Source: an uncultured Alphaproteobacteria bacterium (GTDB lineage: Bacteria; Pseudomonadota; Alphaproteobacteria; RF32; CAG-239). Taken from it: DNA of 64,000 bases. Positions within the stretch are counted from its first letter, which is position 1. Every line of letters starts with the position of its first letter. This document shows positions 50,958 to 59,792 of the stretch, one piece after another. A model generated the notes under the pieces. It had not been told where the DNA came from. It did not search any database and saw only the letters and a program-made list of their open reading frames with translations. The stretch is taken from NCBI GenBank assembly GCA_934255405.1, contig CAKQNT010000007.1, positions 286 through 64,285 on the forward strand, given 5' to 3'. The translations under genes were made by a program, and so were the position numbers.

Positions 50958-51137
50958 TTATTCAACTACCTCCCAATCTTCTGATAGCACTTCATCTGCA
51001 ATGAGTGCGAGGGGGCATTGCTTTTCACCTGTAGCCCAATCAACTCTAATGTCGCCATTTTTGAGATAATAGGTGCCATCTTGGAGCTTTACTTTCTTTC
51101 CATCTCTCATGGTTTTAAGTGCATCTTCAAATTTCAT
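50958..51137 (-). CDS. DUF2829-like small protein (59 aa; below the ORF-track cutoff)
   Basis: MKFEDALKTMRDGKKVKLQDG..W matches the M.F.EAL.AMK.GKKV.R.GW pattern of DUF2829 (the Tad2 family); start overlaps the upstream stop by 1 nt (TAATG). Confidence 0.4.
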   Translation of the reverse strand: MKFEDALKTMRDGKKVKLQDGTYYLKNGDIRVDWATGEKQCPLALIADEVLSEDWEVVE

Positions 51138-51421
51138 TAGTTTTCTCCTATCTTTTTAATATCTTTGAGAGCTTCTTCTGCTGGGGAGTACCCATATTGG
51201 TCGTAAAGTCCTTTGGTGAAGAAGTCGTCAAGCCCATTATTTTCTCGATGCAGATAGCAATCACTCCACCGATGTGTGTCTGCGTATTCCTCCAATGCTT
51301 TAGTCGCCACCTCAAGCTGTTCTTTAAGTTTTGCGTTTTCTTCTAGTAAAGCAATCGCTTTCAATGAGTTTTGCAAAACAGCTTCATAAACTTCTTTTTC
51401 TACCGATATAAAGTTACTCAT
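51137..51421 (-). CDS. phage hypothetical protein
   Basis: ORF, coiled-coil. Confidence 0.3.
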   Translation of the reverse strand: MSNFISVEKEVYEAVLQNSLKAIALLEENAKLKEQLEVATKALEEYADTHRWSDCYLHRENNGLDDFFTKGLYDQYGYSPAEEALKDIKKIGEN

Positions 51422-51785
51422 TTTCTTCTTCCTCTATGGGTTTAAGTCTTTTGAGCTCATTTTTTATCTCGTCCAAGGTGCTTTCTATATCATCTATGGT
51501 ATTCTGAACCTCATCTATGGCGCACGCCAGGACATTAACGGAGCGATCTTTTGGATTTTCTTGAAAATCTGACAATAAAGATTTTATATATTCATCTTCA
51601 CATAAGGTATAAAGAAAACCAACCTTTCCTTTTTCAGCGGCATCATTCCAATCTTTAATACATCCTAAAACCTTTTCTTTGCTTATGTCTTTGATGTTGC
51701 CTTGCCATAAAAAACCAATAGGTTCTTTGGTTTCTTTATCAAGTTTTATCGTCAAATATTTTGTTATTTCTTTACTCATCACCAC
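51414..51785 (-). CDS. phage hypothetical protein
   Basis: ORF. Confidence 0.3.
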   Translation of the reverse strand: MVMSKEITKYLTIKLDKETKEPIGFLWQGNIKDISKEKVLGCIKDWNDAAEKGKVGFLYTLCEDEYIKSLLSDFQENPKDRSVNVLACAIDEVQNTIDDIESTLDEIKNELKRLKPIEEEENE

Positions 51786-52002
51786 ACCTCATTAAGCTCT
51801 TAGTCCAGTCTTTGACAGGTTCGATGTCGGACGCGTCACTTAAACAACTTATTATGCTTTCTATTCCTGCGCTATCCCACTCGCCGCGTTTCTTATTTAT
51901 TGTCGGTTGCAGGCTGTGATAATAAAACAGACCGTCTTTCTCCATAACTACAAAGCCTTTTTTCAGCAAAGGCAAAAGCTGTTCAATCTTAATCATTTCC
52001 AA
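51772..52002 (-). CDS. phage hypothetical protein
   Basis: ORF. Confidence 0.25.
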   Translation of the reverse strand: MEMIKIEQLLPLLKKGFVVMEKDGLFYYHSLQPTINKKRGEWDSAGIESIISCLSDASDIEPVKDWTKSLMRCGDE

Positions 52003-52394
52003 AGCTCCTTTTCATCATTTACCAGTTTGACTTCATCGGCTCGTAAGGGGCGGCAGTTCTGATAAGCAGCTCCATAATGATTTCTAAAAGGCGCATAACG
52101 ATGCTTTGTGTATTTTTCCAAAAATGCAACTCGACATTCTTGAACTGCTGGCTCCTCATCTTCGTCCCAAAACTTGCATAAACACTTCTCTCTGATAACC
52201 TTATCCCAGTCAATCTCTGGCTCGACTATTTCAAAGTGCCTCTTCAAAGCTGCTATACTTTGAGCTAGCACATCTCCAGTTCTCACATTGCAAACAAAAC
52301 CTCTCTGGCTTAATTCATAAACAAAACCATCACTATCTTTTATTTGCCGACCGGCTTTCAAAGCCTCAATTATCTCTTTATCTGTTAGTTTCAT
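51993..52394 (-). CDS. phage hypothetical protein
   Basis: ORF. Confidence 0.3.
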   Translation of the reverse strand: MKLTDKEIIEALKAGRQIKDSDGFVYELSQRGFVCNVRTGDVLAQSIAALKRHFEIVEPEIDWDKVIREKCLCKFWDEDEEPAVQECRVAFLEKYTKHRYAPFRNHYGAAYQNCRPLRADEVKLVNDEKELWK

Positions 52395-52891
52395 TGTATT
52401 TTAACCTCACTTGTTAATCCATTACGATAAGCACTGACAACCATTCCCCAAGTTGGTTGGACTTTGTCAAAAAGAGGAGCAATCTTGGTGTATGTGCATT
52501 TGACATTGTAGTCATTCCAACAATTTTTCTCAATTTGCTCGTCTAAATCAAACTCAATTAATCCTGCCCAAACAGGCACTTCCTCTTTCTTCAAAAGCCC
52601 TTTTGGAGTGCAATAATAAAATTGATTTGAGAAACATCTTGCTGGAGTTTGTTTGTCTTCTTTTTTAATGTCGTTTCTAAAATCACCTCTTGAAACCTTT
52701 ATCTCATAACAAATAGTTTTATTACCTGCATTCGGTGAAATAGCAAAGCAATCCATACGCTTTTCAGAAAAACCACTATAAGCAGAGCCAAGACGAAATT
52801 CATTTATCTTGATAAAATTATCAGCGATATTTCCGGCGGACATTAGATTAATTCTTTTTAAGATTTCAGCTGTCTTTTCTTTATCTGTCAT
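52391..52891 (-). CDS. PD-(D/E)XK-family nuclease (MmcB/DUF1052-like)
   Basis: D...(Y)EIKVSRGDF motif consistent with a D-EXK nuclease core. Confidence 0.35.
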   Translation of the reverse strand: MTDKEKTAEILKRINLMSAGNIADNFIKINEFRLGSAYSGFSEKRMDCFAISPNAGNKTICYEIKVSRGDFRNDIKKEDKQTPARCFSNQFYYCTPKGLLKKEEVPVWAGLIEFDLDEQIEKNCWNDYNVKCTYTKIAPLFDKVQPTWGMVVSAYRNGLTSEVKIQ

Positions 52892-52896
52892 TTTAA

Positions 52897-53148
52897 TTAC
52901 TCATACAAAGCTTTTATTATTGTCTGCATCTGGCGAGGTGTGCGGTTTATGTTTAAGCATAGCCCATCGACATTATAAACATAACCAATCTGCCAACAAA
53001 CTAACATATCTACACTAATGCTTGTATCGCCTTTTTTTATTCTAAGTCTTTTTTCTTTCCCAAAATTTTCAGCCCACTTAACCAAATCTTCCCACGTCAT
53101 TTCAGGCTCAAAAGCTAGGTTGTTTTCATAATCTGGTGTATTGTTCAT
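52897..53148 (-). CDS. phage hypothetical protein
   Basis: ORF. Confidence 0.3.
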   Translation of the reverse strand: MNNTPDYENNLAFEPEMTWEDLVKWAENFGKEKRLRIKKGDTSISVDMLVCWQIGYVYNVDGLCLNINRTPRQMQTIIKALYE

Positions 53149-53159
53149 ATATTTGCTCC

Positions 53160-53879
53160 TTAAAATAAATTTCCTTGTCTTTGGTGGTTTTCAAGCCGCT
53201 TGCAGCTTGCTTTCCAATAATCAAAATCTTTTTCGATACAAATAAAACGCCGTTTCAAATTGTGACAAGCCACTGCGGTAGTTCCGGATCCACTGAAACA
53301 GTCTAGCACAATATCTTGCTCTCGGCTTGAGTTCTTGACAAGAACCTCAAAGATGTTTAACGGTTTAATCGTCGGATGGCCAAAAGAATTTTTATCTTTG
53401 ACATTTATATGTTCAACAAATATAGTTTTAGCATCTTCATATCTTTTGGGCTGGCAATACCCCCCTTTACGGAAATAAAGGCAATACTCTTTGTCTGAAA
53501 GATATTTATTATTAAAAGTTGGCATAGCATTGTCTTTTTGCCAACAAAGAATATCAAAAGAGCATTTGTTTTCGCCTACAAAAAAATTTAAATAATCTAA
53601 TATTTGGTCTTTGCTACACCAAATATATGCGTTTATCTTGTCTTGCAGCCGGATTATCTCCTTACAAAAATCAAGAGAAACACCATCAACAATTCCCGCC
53701 TTTTTTAACGCATCGTTCATTCCTTGTATTGATTTTGCAAACTCACTTTTTCCACCCGCTCTTGTGTTTTTTATTAAATAAGGCGGGTCAGTCAACACAA
53801 GGTCAATACACTTGTCAGGCAACTGTTTTAAGATATCCAAGCAATCAGCATTGATTATTTTATTAATGAATTGTTCCAT
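53160..53879 (-). CDS. DNA methyltransferase (beta-class N6-adenine/N4-cytosine, DPPY-first)
   Basis: motif IV LVLTDPPY near the N-terminus and motif I FSGSGTT near the C-terminus. Confidence 0.75.
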   Translation of the reverse strand: MEQFINKIINADCLDILKQLPDKCIDLVLTDPPYLIKNTRAGGKSEFAKSIQGMNDALKKAGIVDGVSLDFCKEIIRLQDKINAYIWCSKDQILDYLNFFVGENKCSFDILCWQKDNAMPTFNNKYLSDKEYCLYFRKGGYCQPKRYEDAKTIFVEHINVKDKNSFGHPTIKPLNIFEVLVKNSSREQDIVLDCFSGSGTTAVACHNLKRRFICIEKDFDYWKASCKRLENHQRQGNLF

Positions 53880-53895
53880 GTAGTTTATTCCTCGT

Positions 53896-54309
53896 CTATG
53901 CATAAAAATCTATTGTTGAGGGAATGTAGCAGCCTAATTTGGCGGCAAATTCCAAAAGGTCTGAGATGTAGCCGCTGACCTCGTCTTTGTGCGCTTTGTC
54001 AAAGCTCAACCGTTTGGGCAATTTGTGCTCGCCTTTGGCGGTCTGAACAATGCTGTAATAAAACATGCCGCGCATGAAATAATCGAACTGGTCATCATCA
54101 ATGTGGCGGATATCGTAGCCGGCATCCAGCAAGGCCTGGCGCAGTCGCGGATAGATAATTCCAAAAATATAGCATTGCTGGTTACGGCTAACCGCATCTT
54201 TTATGGGGCGCATTTCAATTTCAAACGGCTTAAACTTAAGCTGCAATTTGTTGTTCATGGCCTCGGTATAACGTGTCCAGTCAGTTTGATTTAAGATAGC
54301 TTGTTTCAT
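53896..54309 (-). CDS. phage hypothetical protein (possible NinB/Orf-like recombination mediator)
   Basis: 137 aa, adjacent to the SSAP gene; family call weak. Confidence 0.25.
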   Translation of the reverse strand: MKQAILNQTDWTRYTEAMNNKLQLKFKPFEIEMRPIKDAVSRNQQCYIFGIIYPRLRQALLDAGYDIRHIDDDQFDYFMRGMFYYSIVQTAKGEHKLPKRLSFDKAHKDEVSGYISDLLEFAAKLGCYIPSTIDFYA

Positions 54310-54427
54310 AGCATTAATCTCAAGGTGGGGCGGCAGAAATATGGAGTTTTGATTATGATTGGGGAACGCCGCCCCGGGGTTAAATTCGGTAATCTACAGC
54401 TGGTATAAAATCAGCCAGCGGATCTGT

Positions 54428-55117
54428 TCAATAAGGTATGCTGTCCTGCAAATCCTCAACTTTCATAACTGCCTTGTCCAAAGCGGCCAAGACCGCATCC
54501 TTGTAAGACCGTTCGCCTATATCGGCGAGCGACTGGGCAATTTCATTGGCGTATTTTACCGCCACATGATCCTGCGGTATCTTATCCAGCTCTTGCAGAC
54601 GAATAATTGTTGCCTCGGCTTTCTTGATAAGGTTATCGCGATATTCCTGGGTTTCTTTTTTTACGGCATTCGTGTGGGCTCTTTTGGCGTTGGTGAGGTC
54701 TTTTTTGACCTCTTTCACAGCATCATCGCTATCCGGCAAGTCTTCTCCGGCGTAGATATACAACCCTAAGCCATGTCTTGCGCAGGCCTTGGTCAGTGAC
54801 CGCTGAATTGTTTTGTTGACATCAAAGCTTGTAACACTATCGGCAGGAATAGACTTGTTTTTGAAATCCATAACCGGCAAATATTCAATGTGCTCGATGT
54901 TGTTTACAGTCACTCCGGTTTTAACCCAGCAGGTTTTGCCATCTGTGAAATAATTCCAGCCGTTGGCGTTTTCATACACGGTATAAATGGCATCAGGGTG
55001 GATCTTTTTAATTTCTTGCCAAGCCCAAGCCCAAGAAAGATAAGTCATGTTGTTCTTCTTTTCCGTGTGTTCGTTCACATTAATGTTGTTTAGCTCTATA
55101 AAGTAGTTGTTTTCCAT
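54428..55117 (-). CDS. Rad52-like single-strand annealing protein (Sak/DUF1071-type)
   Basis: YLSWAWAWQEIKKIHPDA ... GLGLYIYAGEDLP blocks resemble the DUF1071/Sak family. Confidence 0.45.
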   Translation of the reverse strand: MENNYFIELNNINVNEHTEKKNNMTYLSWAWAWQEIKKIHPDAIYTVYENANGWNYFTDGKTCWVKTGVTVNNIEHIEYLPVMDFKNKSIPADSVTSFDVNKTIQRSLTKACARHGLGLYIYAGEDLPDSDDAVKEVKKDLTNAKRAHTNAVKKETQEYRDNLIKKAEATIIRLQELDKIPQDHVAVKYANEIAQSLADIGERSYKDAVLAALDKAVMKVEDLQDSIPY

Positions 55118-55335
55118 TTTCCATTCCTTTTAATGTGTTTTCGGTCTTATCCAAAATTTCATACAATACACTGGAGTTGTTCCAATCCCGGTTTGGTAAA
55201 TCCATTATCTTATCGTATATCCAAACCAAGGTTTCTGTTGCCTTTTGTCCGTCTGTCATGGCTCACCTCAAATATTGAATTAAAAAATACACCGGTATAA
55301 ACCCTGCCGCGAATCCGGCGTAAAAAGAGGTGATG

Positions 55336-55584
55336 CTATCTAGTAACTTCATTGGGTTTTGCCTTTCGATAAACGGTTAAAGTGTCATTTTGCTTTTTTT
55401 TGAAGCCATCAATCAGGTAGCCCTGAAGGTAAAGATTGGTGACATAAATTTTAAAGTTGGCCTGATTTCTGAAACTGCTACGCCGATACGCATCTTCAAT
55501 GGTTCGGGGACGTGGAAAACAGTCCAAGGCTCTTTTTTCATTTGCCGTCAGCATTAACCGGCTCCAGATCAAACAATTCTTCAA
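55336..55584 (-). CDS. phage hypothetical protein
   Basis: ORF. Confidence 0.3.
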   Translation of the reverse strand: MKNCLIWSRLMLTANEKRALDCFPRPRTIEDAYRRSSFRNQANFKIYVTNLYLQGYLIDGFKKKQNDTLTVYRKAKPNEVTR

Positions 55585-55892
55585 ACATCTTGTTGGTGTA
55601 AGCTAAAATGTCTTTGTTCATGCTCCCCTCCTTGTTGCAAACAAATTGTTTTGACGGTGTCCAGCCATTGGTCGGCTCCCTGATTTACAAAGTGGCGAAA
55701 CTCAACCGCTTCTGCCTTGTCTTCGACACCAAGGTCATCGGCCAACTCCCAGTCGGACTTTGCATTGAGGTAATCGCAAAATTCAAACAGCAAGTTCATT
55801 TTGCGGCTATGGCTCAGGCGGTTCTCAAATTTGCTAACCTCAAACCACAACAGCATCTCATTGGCTTTTTGTTGCATTTCTATTTTTTGCAT
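55581..55892 (-). CDS. phage hypothetical protein (first gene of the leftward early operon)
   Basis: ORF directly downstream of the PL-like promoter/operator. Confidence 0.3.
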   Translation of the reverse strand: MQKIEMQQKANEMLLWFEVSKFENRLSHSRKMNLLFEFCDYLNAKSDWELADDLGVEDKAEAVEFRHFVNQGADQWLDTVKTICLQQGGEHEQRHFSLHQQDV

Positions 55893-55920
55893 TTTTTTGT
55901 TACCTCACATCGTTTCGATA

Positions 55921-55966
55921 TAGCAAATATATAGCAGATATGCTAAATGTCAATAGCAAAAATGCT
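55921..55966 (-). promoter_or_regulatory. PL-like early promoter with repressor operator
   Basis: minus-strand TTGCTATTGACATTTAGCATATCTGCTATATATTTGCTA is near-identical to the PR-like region at 57570-57612. Confidence 0.5.
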
Positions 55967-56046
55967 GCAATGTGCAATAAAAATGCGATGAAAATGCTAA
56001 TTGTTTGAAAATACAAATAAAAAAGTTGGAATTTTTTTGTGCGAAA

Positions 56047-56076
56047 GCAAAAAAAATAGCCCCTAAAAAGGGGCTA
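56047..56076 (-). terminator. terminator of the cI-lipoprotein transcript
   Basis: TAGCCCCT-aaaa-AGGGGCTA hairpin followed on the minus strand by an 8-nt T-run. Confidence 0.55.
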
Positions 56077-56437
56077 AGAGGGGGTGTTGCGCCTATCTAT
56101 TAAAACTAAAGGATTGATTGGAGGTGCAATGTTGAGAATTTTTTGTACTCTGACACCTCAGATTTATATGGGTGCTATCAAGCATTGGATATTTGCCGAA
56201 CACATCCTGAACATAGTTTGCGAAAGTATCTATATCATTATACTCATTTGATAATAAAGATCCTTGATATACAATGTCCTTGGTTTGGTAGTCCATAATC
56301 ATTGACATAAATGTGATGCTGTAATGATTAACTACGGCATTATGATAGCCAGTTATACCATAGTCATACTCAACGTTTGTGCGGCTGGTCGCAAAATAAT
56401 TACCGTTATATGAGGTGTCAGCAATGCCGTTGTAATA

Positions 56438-56815
56438 TCATGAGGAAGGGAGGTTGCCAGAATAATAAGTCGATGCATTTCCCTGCATGTTTCCAAAAGT
56501 ATTTGTATTTATAGAGTTAATGCCGGTTTTTCCCCATATAGGGATAGTGTCTACAGTTTGCCAATTCTTAGTCTGGATGCCATAAACAAAGCCATAGTCG
56601 GAATTTTTGTTGGCTGAAACAATTCTAAAGCCATAGCTTTTTAATTGTTCTTCGAAAAATAGTTTTAATTTTGTTGTTGCAACATTTTTATCCGGCGAAA
56701 CTACCTTTATGGTTTTATTGCCACCGGTATCTATTGTGCTATTTATTTTTAATTCATATTGGGGAGAGGCACATCCACAAACTAAAACCAATAAATAATA
56801 TGCAAACTTTTTCAT
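56438..56815 (-). CDS. prophage lipoprotein co-transcribed with the repressor (continues in-frame past a TGA to 56093)
   Basis: signal/lipobox-like LLVLVCGCASP; start overlaps the cI stop; the in-frame downstream ORF 56093-56308 shares its Y/N/G-rich composition. Confidence 0.45.
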   Translation of the reverse strand: MKKFAYYLLVLVCGCASPQYELKINSTIDTGGNKTIKVVSPDKNVATTKLKLFFEEQLKSYGFRIVSANKNSDYGFVYGIQTKNWQTVDTIPIWGKTGINSINTNTFGNMQGNASTYYSGNLPSS

Positions 56816-57510
56816 TAGACCCTCCGACCATTGAGAATATAGACGATTTTGCCAACTATTTGGATTTCGCCGATTTCGGCGGTGATAGTGGAATAGCTGG
56901 GGTTGTCCGATTTGATGTCAATGCCGCTGAGGCCGGCCTGAAGGCGTTTGACGGCCAGCCCGGTGCTCATGCGAATGATATACAGACCATCTGAACTAAC
57001 AAAATTGTTGGAGATATCGACAAGGACCCAATCGCCATCATTGATAGTGGGAATCATGCTATCACCTTGGACGCGAAGCATTTTAACGCATTCCGGGGCA
57101 ATGTTGGTGATGGCTTTGAACTCGGCGATGGGCAGATGCCATTGGCCGCAGACTTTTTCGGGGAGATTGTCAATTCCGCCGCCGCAACAGGCGGTGGCAT
57201 CTATCATTTCAATAATGACTTCATCTTTTTTGAATAAAGAGCCTATTTTTTCGGCAACCATGGCAACGCCGGTCATGTGTGCTGGCAAAATCGTTTCATC
57301 AGTGAGTTCTTGCTCATCTACGTTCAGCAATATAGCGAGCCTATGTCTGAAGCCTTCATCAAGTCTTTTAGGCGATTTCTCTTTAACAAACTTTTGTAAA
57401 TAGCTTGGATTCTTGCCCAGCTTGATAGAAATGCTATTATAGCTCAAACCTCTCTCAGCCACAAGTTCCCCAACTCGCCGCTTAATTTCTTCAACCTTAC
57501 TCATAATCAT
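56815..57510 (-). CDS. cI/LexA-like phage repressor (HTH plus S24 peptidase domain)
   Basis: N-terminal HTH (RGLSYNSISIKLGKNPSYLQKF), C-terminal S24 Ser/Lys dyad (GDSMIPTI ... VKRL). Confidence 0.8.
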   Translation of the reverse strand: MIMSKVEEIKRRVGELVAERGLSYNSISIKLGKNPSYLQKFVKEKSPKRLDEGFRHRLAILLNVDEQELTDETILPAHMTGVAMVAEKIGSLFKKDEVIIEMIDATACCGGGIDNLPEKVCGQWHLPIAEFKAITNIAPECVKMLRVQGDSMIPTINDGDWVLVDISNNFVSSDGLYIIRMSTGLAVKRLQAGLSGIDIKSDNPSYSTITAEIGEIQIVGKIVYILNGRRV

Positions 57511-57569
57511 TCTCCTTAATTATAGTATAGCATATATGCCAAGAAAGTAAAGTTGTTGATTGTAGCGTT

Positions 57570-57612
57570 TTTGCTATTGACTTTTAGCAAAAATACTATA
57601 TATTTGCTATTG
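57570..57612 (+). promoter_or_regulatory. PR-like promoter/operator for the cro-like gene
   Basis: TTTTTGCTA-N8-TAGCAAAAA inverted repeat overlapping a TTGACT-N16-TATATT promoter; GGAGG RBS at 57612. Confidence 0.55.
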
Positions 57613-57621
57613 GAGGCAAAA

Positions 57622-57837
57622 ATGGTAAGCAATGAAGAATTTAAAAATATAGTTACAGCTTTCTTGAATAGAACCGGCCTATCACAGACTGCTTTTGGCA
57701 TTCGAGCCAAAAATGACCCATCTTTTTACTCAAGAATTATGTCAGGCCAAGAAGTCAAAGAAAGTGGCAAGCAACAAGTTTTGGACTTTATCAATAATTA
57801 CGAGAAAGGGAAAAACGATGATCAAGCTGATAATTAA
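57622..57837 (+). CDS. Cro/CII-like small HTH regulator
   Basis: 71-aa ORF divergent from cI with HTH-like GLSQTAFGIRAKNDPSFYSRI. Confidence 0.5.
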   Translation: MVSNEEFKNIVTAFLNRTGLSQTAFGIRAKNDPSFYSRIMSGQEVKESGKQQVLDFINNYEKGKNDDQADN

Positions 57838-57891
57838 GTTTTTGGAAAGACGCGGTTATGCGGTGTTGAAGCTCAGCCACAAAACAGTGGG

Positions 57892-58284
57892 TTGGGATAT
57901 TCGCGGCAACAAATACAGTGTGCACAAGAGATAGACGAGATGGCGGCTCCAGAGCATAGATTGCAGGTTTGGGTTATTCAATACCTCAGGCTCAACGGGG
58001 TGTTTTGCTTTGCTATTCCCAATGGCGGCAGGCGAGATTTGCGCACCGGAGCGATGCTCAAAAAAGAGGGAGTGCTGGCCGGAGTTGCTGATTTAGCTTT
58101 GTTGTTGCCCGGCGGCGAAACAGTTTTTGTTGAGCTTAAGAACGGCGGCAAGGGAGTACAGAGCTATAGCCAAAAAGTGTTTCAGAGCAGAGTTGAGGGG
58201 TTGGGCTTTACTTATTTGGTATGGCGCAACGTTCAGGACTGCATAGATTTTGTTAAGGGTTACAAAAAGGTTTTGACCAAATGA
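57892..58284 (+). CDS. VRR-NUC domain nuclease
   Basis: G..CF.IPNGG ... GV.DL.LL.PGGETVFVELK.G.G..S..Q pattern of the VRR-NUC (PD-D/ExK) family. Confidence 0.6.
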   Translation: MGYSRQQIQCAQEIDEMAAPEHRLQVWVIQYLRLNGVFCFAIPNGGRRDLRTGAMLKKEGVLAGVADLALLLPGGETVFVELKNGGKGVQSYSQKVFQSRVEGLGFTYLVWRNVQDCIDFVKGYKKVLTK

Positions 58285-58610
58285 AAGAATGGACTGACAC
58301 CGGGATTGTGGAGTGGCACAAAAAATTTTTCCCCAAAGCCACAATGCAAACCCAGTTATTGAAGATTGAAAGCGAGATGCGCGAAGTTCACATGGCCAGC
58401 GGCTATGACAATTTTTGGGAAGAGATTGCGGACGTGTATATCGCGGCGACGGCGGCTGAAATGCGTTTTGGGTCAGAGATGGCCAAGATAGTAAGGCGGC
58501 AGATACAGATTGTTGCCGGCGAAAAGCTATGGCCGAACGTAAACGCCAAAATGGCAATTAATGTTAATCGTAAATTTAAGGGGGATCATCATGTTGAGAA
58601 AGTTGCTTGA
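58281..58610 (+). CDS. MazG-like nucleotide pyrophosphohydrolase (putative)
   Basis: LLKIESEMREV ... WEEIADVYIAATA resembles MazG EE.GE...EE.GD motifs. Confidence 0.35.
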   Translation: MKEWTDTGIVEWHKKFFPKATMQTQLLKIESEMREVHMASGYDNFWEEIADVYIAATAAEMRFGSEMAKIVRRQIQIVAGEKLWPNVNAKMAINVNRKFKGDHHVEKVA

Positions 58611-58777
58611 TAAAATCAAGGGATCACCGATACCTGGTCGGCGGTTTGTCACAATTCCGGCTGAAGAATATAGGCTGTTGATGGTGGCGGCATGGAACAG
58701 AGGGCAAAGAGCGCAGGCGCAAAAACAATTAAAAGCCCTGAACGCTTGGAAAATGCAAAACGGATTGTGAGGGAGCG

Positions 58778-59401
58778 ATGGTTAGCAAATTTATGTTTTT
58801 TGAAAACTTTAAGGATACGGCGGACAAATTGCCCGATGATTTGCGGCTGAAGTTTTACGATGCCATAACCGACTACGCTTTTAAGGGGATAGAACCTGAT
58901 GATGCGATCATAGGAGCCTTGGTAAACGCAATTAAGCCAAGCCTGGACAAAGAAGAAAAAAGAGGAGGAAACCATAATCCAAGCGGAAACAATCAGCACA
59001 AAGTTGGTCAAACGGGGTCAAACGAGGTCAAACGAGGTCAAACCGAGGTCAAGGTTGAGGTCAAAAATAATCAAGGTGGCCAAAGTGGTCAATCCTTTCT
59101 TGAAACAGAAACAGAAACAGAAACAGAAACAGAAGATATTGTTAATTTAGCGGCGAGCCGCCAATATGCCTTTGAGGGGCAAGTTGTGAAATTGAGCCAA
59201 AAGGACTTTGACAACTGGCAAAGAGCATATCCTGAGTTGAACCTGCGAGCCGAGCTGATGATGCGCGACCAGTGGTTGGCACGGCAGCCGGAAGATGTCC
59301 GTAAGCGTTGGTTTATTTCGACCCAGCAATATTTTCTCAAACAAAACGAGTTTCGAAAAAGGCAAAACCATGAGGAAGTCAGGGAGGATTGGTACGTCTG
59401 A
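58778..59401 (+). CDS. phage replication-associated hypothetical protein containing iteron-like and hexanucleotide tandem repeats
   Basis: ORF; internal GGTCA(AACGA) repeats at ~10-11-bp spacing (59006-59091) and (GAAACA)5 (59102-59131). Confidence 0.4.
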   Translation: MVSKFMFFENFKDTADKLPDDLRLKFYDAITDYAFKGIEPDDAIIGALVNAIKPSLDKEEKRGGNHNPSGNNQHKVGQTGSNEVKRGQTEVKVEVKNNQGGQSGQSFLETETETETETEDIVNLAASRQYAFEGQVVKLSQKDFDNWQRAYPELNLRAELMMRDQWLARQPEDVRKRWFISTQQYFLKQNEFRKRQNHEEVREDWYV

Positions 59402-59790
59402 TGGCAAATACGGGGATTGTTTTACACCATTTGGCGGAATTGTACGCCAAGCCCAAAACCAACCAGCTGCAAGAGGCGGCGATTTGTGAGTACGAAGAAA
59501 AGCTAACCGGCAATTTTGACAGCTATGATCGGGCGTTTAGCGGAATTGCCACGGCTGAACTGGTTAAGGCGATTGATGATTATTGGCGGTACAAGTCGGA
59601 CAAGCAACGTCCCACGGTAGCCCAGATTATGGCCATGGTGAACTCTACCGAGCACAAAGCCGGCGGCGAAATGGACGAAGAATTTCGGGCACGGGTTGAA
59701 AAATGTGCGGCTGAACTGGACGATAAATGGGGATCTTTCGATTCCGGAATAGGAGCGCGGTTTAAGGCAAAATTTGGCTTGGAGGATTAG
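59389..59790 (+). CDS. phage hypothetical protein
   Basis: ORF. Confidence 0.3.
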   Translation: MVRLMANTGIVLHHLAELYAKPKTNQLQEAAICEYEEKLTGNFDSYDRAFSGIATAELVKAIDDYWRYKSDKQRPTVAQIMAMVNSTEHKAGGEMDEEFRARVEKCAAELDDKWGSFDSGIGARFKAKFGLED

Positions 59791-59792
59791 CG

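Noticed and set aside
59102-59131. (GAAACA)5 and GGTCA repeats as a possible CRISPR array
   Set aside because: Repeat units are only 6-10 nt with no spacers, and they sit in-frame within a coding ORF; not CRISPR-like, more likely iterons.
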